A stretch of DNA of 64,000 nucleotides from contig OZ024741.1 of assembly GCA_964016885.1 (NCBI GenBank), positions 217,062,001 through 217,126,000 on the forward strand, written 5' to 3'. A program made the translations under genes and the position numbers. This DNA is from Eledone cirrhosa. Its lineage: Eukaryota. Positions 54,398-64,000 of the stretch are shown piece by piece. Within the stretch, counting starts at the first letter, position 1. The number at the start of each line of letters is the position of its first letter. The notes beneath the pieces were generated by a model. That model had not been told where the DNA came from, did no database searches, and was given only the letters and a program-made list of their open reading frames with translations.

Positions 54398-54710
54398 TCA
54401 TATTGGTGGCCTCCCCACAGCTCCGGCGGACAGAATAGAGAAGGCGATTCCCCAGAGAGCGGCAAGGGAGACGCGCTGGAAAAGCCATTCCAACTCGCGA
54501 GACTCACACCTGCGGCTGGCCAGCTCAGCACCTATGGTGATGAGTAGGGAGGTAGCCCTAGGGCTGAGGACACCAGAAGTCTCCACTGCCAGTCTCTCTG
54601 TCGGAGAGCGACTGGTATTTGAAGAGTTTGGCCTCCTCAGCCCGACGTGCAGCAGTATCTGGGATAGTCACAGACTGCACCAGGTTGCGGCTGTAGAAGG
54701 TTCCACATAG
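54398..54710 (-). mobile_element. CRE-like retrotransposon RLE C-terminal fragment
   Basis: AARRAEEAKLFKYQSL / ETSGVLSPRATSLLITIG..WLFQRVSLAAL.G.AFSIL. Confidence 0.78.
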
Positions 54711-55078
54711 TAGGACTGAATCGACAACCATGTGAGTTTTAAGTGAACTCTTTAAAACTTCATTGCTGATTTGCCCCAATGATTTCACCTACCTCGTGAT
54801 ATGCAAACATACTTGAGTATTGACGTTGATAGGTAAATTATTCTTTCTTATTTATACTTACTAGACTGGGAGCCATTAAATATGAATTTATTAAAAAGAA
54901 TTAAAAGGCAATAGAAAAACCTGTCTTGGCTTTTCATGATATGACAGATTGAAATTTTGCCAATTAACCCTTTCATTACAATATTTCTAATGAAACACAC
55001 TGCCTATGATTTTTAAATATTTTTTTAAAGTAATCAACAATTTAGAGAAATATAGTAATATAAATTTCTTATTATTAA

Positions 55079-55299
55079 CCCTTTAGCATTTACATTACTC
55101 TATATTTACTATTGTATTTTTGTGGTAAAGGCTTTATCTTACATAATTATCTCACATATTATTGAATCTATGAGATTTTGATATTATTTATTTTGAGAAC
55201 AATACCTTAACATAAGTATGAGCAGCCAGTTACGGCCAGTTTGAACAGAAAGAGGTGAGAGAATTCTGGCCGGATATGACCGGTTTAAATTCTAAAGGG
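55079..55299. mobile_element. piggyBac-like MITE
   Basis: TTAA|ccctttagcattta ... taaattctaaaggg|TTAA; homologue at 60977-61186. Confidence 0.8.
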
Positions 55300-55916
55300 T
55301 TAAACCCTTTCATGATCATCTAAACTATAATAAAGTAAGAAGCGCGGGACTGCGTACGGTTTATAATTTGTTATCCTCTTAGTAAAATAAGTTGGATTAC
55401 TTTGAATAAATAATGAATGAATATTACATAATTTATCTACTAAATTTCGTGGCTGTTCGTTAAATATATTTTATTACTTATTTAAAGATTCACTTCTTTA
55501 AAATTTTCAAATGTCAACACTTCCGGTTAGTGATCGTTTAAATAAATATTCACATATTTCTGTCACTAATTTTCTCCTAATGCAGTTTATTTATAATATC
55601 GTCTTTTTTTAATGTATCATGGATTACGTTACTGATTACATAAGACAGTGTAACACAGTCTTCGTTCAATTTCTGTGTATATTGTCAATTACGATTTTAT
55701 TTGATGTATCATATCTACATGCATATATCATCATTTCATCATTTCATCATTTTATTTTACGTCCGCTTTTCCCTGCTTGCAAGGGTGGGACGGGAACTGA
55801 TTCTGGCTTGATTTCTACAGCTGGATGCCCTTCCTAACACCAACCTCATTTACAGTGAGTGCTGGGTGCTTTTTTTTGCCGTGGCACCTCCACGACCACT
55901 TTGCAGTGGAATGATA

Positions 55917-56080
55917 TGGACCCCAGTCCCTATCATCGCATTTCTACAGCTGAGTAAACTGGAGCAATGTGAAATAAAGTGTCTTGCTCAAGGAAATAAC
56001 ACATCACCCGGTCTGAGAATTGAACTCACAACCTTTCGATTGCAAGCCCAATGCTCTAACCACTAAGCCATGTGCCTCTA
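55917..56080 (-). mobile_element. tRNA-derived SINE (same family as 25121-25281)
   Basis: Reverse complement homology. Confidence 0.8.
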
Positions 56081-56114
56081 CTTGCGCATAATATCAATAT
56101 ATACACTACACATG

Positions 56115-56152
56115 TTAGCAGAAAACCACCCGAAAGGTAGTTTTTCTGCTAG
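56115..56152 (+). mobile_element. Helitron 3' terminal hairpin
   Basis: tagcagaaaaccacc-cgaaa-ggtagtttttctgCTAG|T, same family as 32172 and 32729. Confidence 0.6.
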
Positions 56153-56330
56153 TATTTCTAATGATTTACACTCTGCTTTAATTAATTAACAGGGAATTTT
56201 TAAGTATTTACTAAAATTAATTATTTAATTACTGTTAAAGAGTTAAGTTGGTGTTTGGAATGTAGTTGAAGAGTGTAGATTTTACATAAAATTATGATAG
56301 AAGGTTTATAGATAAATATAAACACTTTAA

Positions 56331-56554
56331 CCCTTTTATTAGCATATTTCTAATGAAAGACATTGCTTATGGTTTGAAAATAATTTTGAAAATAATTCAA
56401 AATATGCAGGGATTTAGTAGTATGACTAACTTACACCTTATTTAGCAGGTGTTTAGAGCATAAGATTATGATGGAGAGATTTCAGATAAATATAAACACT
56501 TTAAAACAAACAGCATTGTATCACAGAACAAGGGATGGTTTGGTACCAATAGGG
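56331..56554. mobile_element. piggyBac-like MITE (second family, degenerate)
   Basis: TTAA|ccct ... aggg|TTAA; left end similar to 54965-55010. Confidence 0.55.
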
Positions 56555-57293
56555 TTAAACAATTCATCTAAAGGGAAATGAGATTCAACTGAACATAGGA
56601 TTCAACTAATTCATGTCTGTATGTACATATATATGCGTGTGTGTGCATGTTTATGTATGTGTGTGTATATATGTGTGTATGTATATATATATATATATAT
56701 ATATGTGTGCGTGTGTTTATATATATATACATATATATATATTTTTATACTTGGGGAGGGTCATATTTGCGTAATATTGCCAGAATTAATAACAGAACAC
56801 ACTCACTGTTTGGTTGGTTTTCGCTTCTCGCTGTCTTTTATTATATCTGCGATCTAACTTACTCGGTCCTCAATGTTGCCATTGACTGACCGGCGGTCAA
56901 AAATAATACAGATACAATATAGACACAAACACATATATATATATATAGTTTACATAATTTACATAAATCTTTCGTTGCACATCTGCAACATCGTCAGTGG
57001 TGTTATATTCATTGTTCCTCCTGTTGTGTTGTATGCCTACGCCATTTTTTATTCAGTCTGTCTATATATTTATTTATTTATTTGCTTGTTTGTTTATCTT
57101 ATTTTATTTTTTTATTTTTTTTTTTGTCTTCTTTGCGCATGCGTTTGCGTGTGTGTATAGTGTTATGTGTGATGTGTGACTAGTGTGTATAGTGTTGTGT
57201 CTGCTGGGTGACTAGTGTGTGTTTATGTGCTTGTTGTTATTGTGCTTGTGTATGTATTTATTTATCTTATTTTATTTAATTTTATTTACTTAT

Positions 57294-58795
57294 TTATACT
57301 TCTCTTAGGTCAGTGTTGTTTGTTTGGGTGTTGTTGTTGTTCCACTCATTCTTTCTGTTTAGCTTTGGTCTTCTAATTTCTATTTCACTGGCCTCTCTGA
57401 TTTGCCTATCTGCTGGGTCATTCCTATGTTTAGATATTATTCTAATTTCTATGTTGTCTATGTTACCGTCATGTTGTTGTCTAGCATGTTCGTATAGTAC
57501 TGACCCGTTTTTTCGTCCTTTTAGTTCCCCCCAGTGTTGGTCTATCCTTTCACCTATGCTACGAGCTGTCTCACCTATGTATGTTGTTGTCATGTTTCTG
57601 CAAGTACCCTCTGTACATCTTATGCTATAGACTACGTTTCTAGTTTTACAGTTTATCCGGGGGTTCACCTTACATATGATACACTTCCTATTGGTACAGT
57701 GGGTTTTCTTAAAAGGGTAGGTTTTGCTGATCAGGGATTTTATGGTGGTTCCTGGCTTTTCTACCACCTTTATTTTTAAGTGGGTCTTTCTCAGGGCCTT
57801 TCTACACTGGTTAGCTAATTTCCCTCCAGGGGTGGCGTCCACAAACATGACACTCTGATATCTCTGGTTGTCGTACCATGATGTGGCCTTCCCTATCTTA
57901 TGTCTAGCCCTATCTAAGCTATTCCATGATTTGCTCCTGTATAGTGGGCAGATTCCTTTCATGTCCAGTTCTATGAGGGTCTTATACTTTTCCATGGCTC
58001 CTTCGTATACTCTGACTCTGTCTCTTTGGTTGTAGCCAGAGAACTGCATGCGGTTGATGAAGTGTTGGATGTGTCCTTCCATTTCTGTTGGGTCGCACAT
58101 GCTGGACACATTCTTCATCACTCGTACCAAATCTGCGATCAGAATATTAAACTTAGCACTACTGGACATTGCTGAGTTTTTGAGTATCAGGTATTTGGAG
58201 GCCATGGGTTTAGCATAGTGTGAGTGGAGAATTTGGGCTCTCTCGTCTATAGTGTTAATCCAGAGTTCTGTGTCTAATACAGGTAGTCTATTGTTAGGGT
58301 GTTTGGAAGGGAAGTCTATAGTTACAGTTATACTCTGGTGTATGGAATTAGCTATCTGCTGGATGCTTTCCATCGTGCTACGTTCTAAATCGAACTTGTT
58401 AGTGCTCTCTAGTGGGGGTGTTCTTATAACTATATTGATATCGTCTACATAACGAGAGTACATGATGAGGTCTATGGAGCTTTCATTAAGGAGATCTTTA
58501 AGTCTCCTTTCCCACCATACCATGAAAAGGTTGGCAACATCACCAGCTATGCTGACGCCGATGGCTGCTCCCTCATTTTGGGTGTAGATTTTCTCATTGA
58601 ACTTAAATATGTGGCCCTTTAGGGTAGTTTTGATACTAGACCCTATTGCATGTGCGACCATTTTTCTTACCTGATCAGTGTTTTGGGGGGTCCGTATGGC
58701 TTTGGTCCACCCAATCCACCTTCCTATGGGAGTCTTTTTAGCCATTGAGGTTATGGTGGGGGGTCTACCTCTTATAGGTCTACTAGGGCAGAAAC
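57294..58795 (-). CDS. Penelope-like reverse transcriptase + GIY-YIG endonuclease (Naiad-like), N-terminally truncated
   Basis: Uninterrupted ~500 codons: FKFNEKIYTQNEGAAIG, SRYVDD, LPVLDTELW, CxxxxCxxC linker, NVVYSIRC..YIGETARSIGERIDQH, RQIREA. Confidence 0.92.
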
Positions 58796-59217
58796 ATAGG
58801 CAAATCAGAGAGGCCAGTGAAATAGAAATTAGAAGACCAAAGCTAAACAGAAAGAATGAGTGGAACAACAACAACACCCAAACAAACAACACTGACCTAA
58901 GAGAAGTATAAATAAGTAAATAAAATTAAATAAAATAAGATAAATAAATACATACACAAGCACAATAACAACAAGCACATAAACACACACTAGTCACCCA
59001 GCAGACACAACACTATATACACTAGTCACACATCACACATAACACTATACACACACGCAAACGCATGCGCAAAGAAGACAAAAAAAAAATAATAAATAAA
59101 TAAATAAATAAAATAAGATAAACAAACAAGCAAATAAATAAATAAATATATAGACAGACTGAATAAAAAATGGCGTAGGCATACAACACAACAGGATGAA
59201 CAATGAATATAACACCA

Positions 59218-59245
59218 CTGACGATGTTGCAGATGTGCAACGAAA
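59218..59245 (+). ncRNA. Hammerhead-like core in the pseudo-LTR (mirror copy at 56970-56997, minus)
   Basis: CTGACGA-T-GTTGCA-GATG-TGCAAC-GAAA; stems I and III not canonical. Confidence 0.5.
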
Positions 59246-59514
59246 GATTTATGTAAATTATGTAAACTATATATATATATATGTGTTTGTGTCTATATTG
59301 TATCTGTATTATTTTTGACCGCCGGTCAGTCAATGGCAACATTGAGGACCGAGTAAGTTAGATCGCAGATATAATAAAAGACAGCGAGAAGCGAAAACCA
59401 ACCAAACAGTGAGTGTGTTCTGTTATTAATTCTGGCAATATTACGCAAATATGACCCTCCCCAAGTATAACAATATCTGTTTCGACACACGATTTCATAT
59501 AAAAAACCTCGCAA

Positions 59515-59550
<36 letters not shown>

Positions 59551-59720
59551 TAAGAGGAATTCCAACTTTGTCTGATTTACTCGTTTTATTTACAATCCTT
59601 TAAAATTTATAATGGAATAGTATGATAGAATATTAAATGTTAAGTGTTAATTGAACAAGTACTTTCATGCTTTCGCAATCTTCAGGTTCATAATGTGTGG
59701 TGACAGTCAAGTTTGCAATG

Positions 59721-59778
<58 letters not shown>

Positions 59779-59789
59779 TCATCATCAAC

Positions 59790-60490
59790 ATCATCATTTT
59801 ACGTACGCCTTTCCTTGCTTTCAAGGGTTGGATGGGTCCTATTCAGCACAGCATCTCTCCACTTGTCACGGTCCTTCGTCATCTCCTCGGTGAGTTTCAG
59901 CAATCTGAAGTCTGCTCTCACCACCTCCGCTCATCTTTTTTGTGGTCTACCTCTACTGCGTCTTCCTTCTACTGGGATTTCTTGACACTTCTTTACCCAG
60001 CGGTCATCCTCCAAGCGCATCACATGTTCATACCATCTCAGCCTTCTCTCCTGCACACCACAACTTATCCCTCTTATACCCAGTTTCTTTCTCAACTCGT
60101 CCATGCTTGGTCGTTCACGCACATTGACATTGCACATCCAACGGAGCATACTTGCTTCATTTCTCTCCAGCCGTCGCATATCCTCTGCAGTTGCTGCCCA
60201 TGTCTGACTACCATGCAGCCTCGCGCATCTGACACAGGCATCATATAACCGGCCTTTCGTATGCAGAGAGAAACCCTTCTTTGTCAACAGAGGAAGCAGC
60301 TCCTTAAACTTCTTCCAACCCATCCTTATTCTAGATACTATGGCATCGGAACCCCCCCCCCCTCCCATGCTAATCTGATCACCTAGGTACCGGAAGCTAT
60401 CAACCACTTCTATAAACCCACCTGCATTGGAAAAATGTGTCTATCACTGCGATTACTACTGCCAACTTTCCCTGTACATCTACTGCATAC
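59790..60490 (-). mobile_element. RTE LINE 3' fragment
   Basis: VDSFRYLGDQI..RIRMGWKKFKELLPLL..KGRLYDACVR..HGSQTW..EASMLRWMC..RRLRWY. Confidence 0.92.
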
Positions 60491-60505
60491 GTATATATAT
60501 ATATA

Positions 60506-60731
60506 TAGTAAAGTGGGTAATAGGAAAAGAGTCAGAACCCCAACGGCTGAGCTCTGGCCGTTTCGACGGCTAGTTCTGAACTCGAAGGCTGTTCAGAAAT
60601 AGCTGTCGAAACGATCGGAGCTCAGCCGTTGGGGTCCTGACTCTTTTCCTATTACCCACTCTACTACCCAAAGTATCGAGTACTCTGGTGCGTTATGGTC
60701 CACTTGGTTCCTTACCACACTTCCTTCATTA
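60506..60731. mobile_element. Foldback element copy 1 (hairpin 60506-60666 plus tail)
   Basis: ~75-bp imperfect inverted arms; tail homologous to 62236-62314; (TA)n on both sides. Confidence 0.75.
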
Positions 60732-60976
60732 TATATATGTATGTGTATAGGAGTATATATGCATATGTATACATCCATATGTGCCCCCACTCCAATGACT
60801 GAAGCCAGTGGAAAACTGAAGGAGTAAAAGGAAGAAAGAAGAAAAGCATTCGTCAGATCGGTCCAAGGAAACAATGTTTCCAATAGACTTTTCGTTACCG
60901 ATACCATTTTTTTGTCACAATACACAATGCAGAGAACTAGACAAGACACTAGAGAACATCACATTTGAATGTTTAA

Positions 60977-61186
60977 TCCTTTAGCATTTACATTACTCTA
61001 TATATACTATTATATTTTCATGGTAAAGTCTTTACCTCACATGATTATCTCACATAATATTAAATCTATAAGATTTTGATATTATTTATGTTGAGAATAA
61101 TATCTTAACATCAGTATGTGTGGCCAATTATAGCTGGTTTGAACAGAAAGAGGTGAGAAAATACGGCCAGTTTAAATGCTAAAGGG
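60977..61186. mobile_element. piggyBac-like MITE
   Basis: TTAA|tcctttagcattta ... taaatgctaaaggg|TTAA. Confidence 0.8.
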
Positions 61187-61541
61187 TTAAGTCAGCTAAT
61201 ACCCCACCCCTGGGTTCAACATGAACTTGATTGCTATTTTATTTATCAAGCCCCAAAAACAATGAAAAGTAAAGATAACCCCAGCAAGATTTGAACTGAA
61301 AATGCACAAAATCAAAACAAAACAACAATGCATTTAATCTGGTGCTCTAACAAGTCCCCCAATTTACAAAAACAACAAAAATATAATTGTTTCTACTTTT
61401 GGCACAAGGCCAGCAATTACCCAGTGTATTACTGGTACTTTATTTTATCGACCCCGTAAGGATGAAAGGCAAAGTTAACCTCGACGGGATTTGAATTCAG
61501 AATGGCAAGGGCCGTAGAATATAATATAAAATAACAGCATG

Positions 61542-61591
<50 letters not shown>

Positions 61592-61724
61592 TTAAACAAG
61601 GTTCAATGAATAAATCAAAGAATGAGTTTTACAATAGATTGGAAGCACTCAACAGTTATGGTTTTCCAGAGTTATTAATATTAATTCAAAATATTAACAA
61701 AATAGATATTCTTGTGATCAAGTA

Positions 61725-61791
61725 TATTTTATTATACATATTTCAGAGATACTGAGTTAACTTCAACAGTACGTCCTCATCAGATAAAATA
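61725..61791 (-). ncRNA. Minimal type I hammerhead ribozyme
   Basis: Minus: TATTTTAT-CTGATGA-ggac-gtactg..cagtat-ctct-GAAA-TATGTA-TA-ATAAAATA. Confidence 0.83.
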
Positions 61792-62083
61792 AGATGATGC
61801 ATGACATACCCTGACATAGTAGATGGTTAAAATTCAGTCATGGTATTTATTTTCTTAATTTTTTCTTAAATTGAGACAAGCGAACCCAATTGTCTATAGT
61901 TAGTATTCTTTTTACCTTAGCGAATTAGGTCCCTTACGATTTGAACACATATATCTATATATCCTATATATCTGTGTTCGTTTTTCTTTTATTTTCTATT
62001 ATAATATACGGCTCAGAAATATCTCTTTCTTAGAGCTATTTTGTTGTAAGAGACTATTTTGAGTTCCTAACTCAATATATACA

Positions 62084-62120
<37 letters not shown>

Positions 62121-62124
<4 letters not shown>

Positions 62125-62312
62125 AACAAGTATGACCCCGACGGCAGAGCTCAAGCCGTTTCGACGGCTCATTCTAGTCCAGAATTAGCCGTCGTAACGG
62201 CTTGAGCTCTGCCGTCGGGGTCATACTTGTTCCTATTACCCACTCTACTACCCTAAGTATTGTGTACTTTGGTGCGTTATGGCCCATCTGGTTCCTTACC
62301 ACATTTCCTTCG

Positions 62313-62314
<2 letters not shown>
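62121..62314. mobile_element. Foldback element copy 2 (hairpin 62121-62235 plus tail)
   Basis: taggaacaagtatgaccccgacggcagagctcaagccgtt pairs with aacggcttgagctctgccgtcggggtcatacttgttccta; (TA)n on both sides. Confidence 0.8.
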
Positions 62315-62389
<75 letters not shown>

Positions 62390-63209
62390 CATATTATATA
62401 TCATCATCACCGTTTAAACTCCATTTTTCCACGCTAGCATGGATTAGATGAGTTGTCCTGTTGTGAGTTAGGCCAGATCAGGTGACCATGTTTTGCTCAT
62501 GCAGAAACTGATTTTGGCTTAGTTTCTACAGCTTGATGCCCTTCCTAATGCCAACCTCATTTACAGTGTGTGCTGGGTATATATATATATATAGCAAGGG
62601 TACATTTTGAACTCAGATTTTGATATATTGATCTCGGGTTTCTAAACTAAACATAGTCATTATTGAACAATATTTAATTTCTCATATTATATATCTATCT
62701 CCCATTCATGAATATTGATACTTATATTTTTATTATTCATTTCATATAAATTGTTAACTCAACTTAATATGACATGACGTAAAGTGTTCATTGTCCCCCC
62801 CCCCTCTCTCTCTATATATAGTATTTCTCTCTCTTGAGTTTTTCTCTCTGTATGATGACTTGATATCTCTCTGTTGCTTTCCTTTGTTTTTTCTTATTTC
62901 TTCCTTTTCTTTCTTTTTTATTTTTTATTTTTTATTTCCTCCTATCTTTATTTATCTCTTTCTTTTCTCCATACATCTCTCTCTCTCCGATATTTCTCCA
63001 GGTTTTCTTTCTTTCTCTCTCTCCGTCTTTGTTCTTTTCTCTCTCTCCGTCTTTTTTTCTTTTTCTTTATCTCCGTCTTTTTCTAATTGTGCTTAACACT
63101 ATGACTTATTAAAACAATATAAACAATTCACTATCCAGACAGCCTCCAAAAGTAATGGTTGTATTTTAAAAGGATACGTCAAAGCTATTTGTAAAACTGT
63201 TATATATTG

Positions 63210-63274
63210 TATTTTGTCTGATGAAGGCATACCATAATTTAATATGGTATCCCTGAAATATGTATAATGAAATA
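63210..63274 (+). ncRNA. Minimal type I hammerhead ribozyme
   Basis: TATTTTGT-CTGATGA-AGG-c-ATACCATA..TATGGTAT-c-CCT-GAAA-TATGTA-TA-ATGAAATA. Confidence 0.83.
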
Positions 63275-63448
63275 AATATGGTTTTATAAATATAGTTTCC
63301 ATTTATTAATATTGTATATCTACTCCAAAAACTTGTCGAGTGCTTTATATCAGTTATAAAAATATTTACTTGTTGTATCCCAACAACTTTAAATAGAACT
63401 TTTGCATATATATATATATATATTTCGTTTCTGACCCTCCCAAAGTAT

Positions 63449-63484
<36 letters not shown>

Positions 63485-64000
63485 TCATCATCATCATCAT
63501 CATCGTTTAACGTCTATCTTCCACGCTAGCATGGGTTTAGACGGGAATTGTCCCACTTGAGGCAAGATTGGTCGTCTTGCTCGTATGGGACTGTCTGGCA
63601 GGTTTTCTACGGCTGGATGCCCTTCCTAACACCAACCACGTTTACAGCGTGGACTGGGAGGTTTTTACCGTGTTACCTACACAGCCACATTACAGCGTGG
63701 ACTGTGTGTGTTTTTGTCGTGACACCTACACGACCTCATTTATTTAGAACTGGATGTTGTGGTACCAACATAACTTTACAGAGAAAGGGGTGGTGTTGAT
63801 GGGGTGGGGGAGTTGGGGGAGTGGGAGAGGGTGTATATTTGATTAAGAGGTGCCTACTGACTCTAGGTTTCGCTTTGTACTTAGGCAAGGCGGGTTTTCT
63901 GTATTACTGCGTGGCGCCAAAGATCTCGGTCCAGTGACATTGTCTTAGAGAGCTGTAAGTGTATAAGGTCGGAATTTATCAAATCGTCGCAGGTTTTTCT

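Larger units (their letters stand above)
56745..59470 (-). mobile_element. Penelope-like element, 5'-truncated, with ~670-bp inverted pseudo-LTRs (56745-57409 and 58796-59470)
   Basis: Near-perfect inverted arms enclosing an RT + GIY-YIG ORF. Confidence 0.93.

Noticed and set aside
58796-58892. Hydrophobic N-terminus of the 532-aa Penelope ORF as a signal or transmembrane segment
   Set aside because: It is the antisense reading of the inverted copy of the ORF's own 3' end

Overview
AT-rich, repeat-dense eukaryotic DNA, most likely from an octopod cephalopod (inferred from many copies of an Octopus-type SINE with core gagttcaaatcccgccgaggttaactttgcctttcatccttacggggtcgataaaataaagtaccag and extreme (TA)n/(TATG)n content). 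One host protein-coding gene can be assembled from three phase-compatible exons (11002-11136, 19229-19505, 21638-22140; 304 aa). It encodes a signal peptide, a domain resembling a degenerate AA15-type LPMO that lacks the histidine brace, a Thr-rich linker and three 6-Cys repeats. There is one tRNA-Val gene with an AAC anticodon on a TAC-type body. The rest is mobile or repetitive DNA: a Helitron interrupted by a deleted Gypsy LTR element, a young 5'-truncated Penelope-like element with inverted pseudo-LTRs, several minimal hammerhead ribozyme motifs, fragments of RTE, R4, CRE, Tx1 and Vingi-like LINEs, MITEs, 36-, 41- and 78-bp minisatellites, and a ~3.6-kb composite unit tandemly duplicated about four times (37.5-50.1 kb). 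Most ORFs in the supplied track are microsatellite artefacts. All family assignments are by eye and from recalled motifs, not from database searches.
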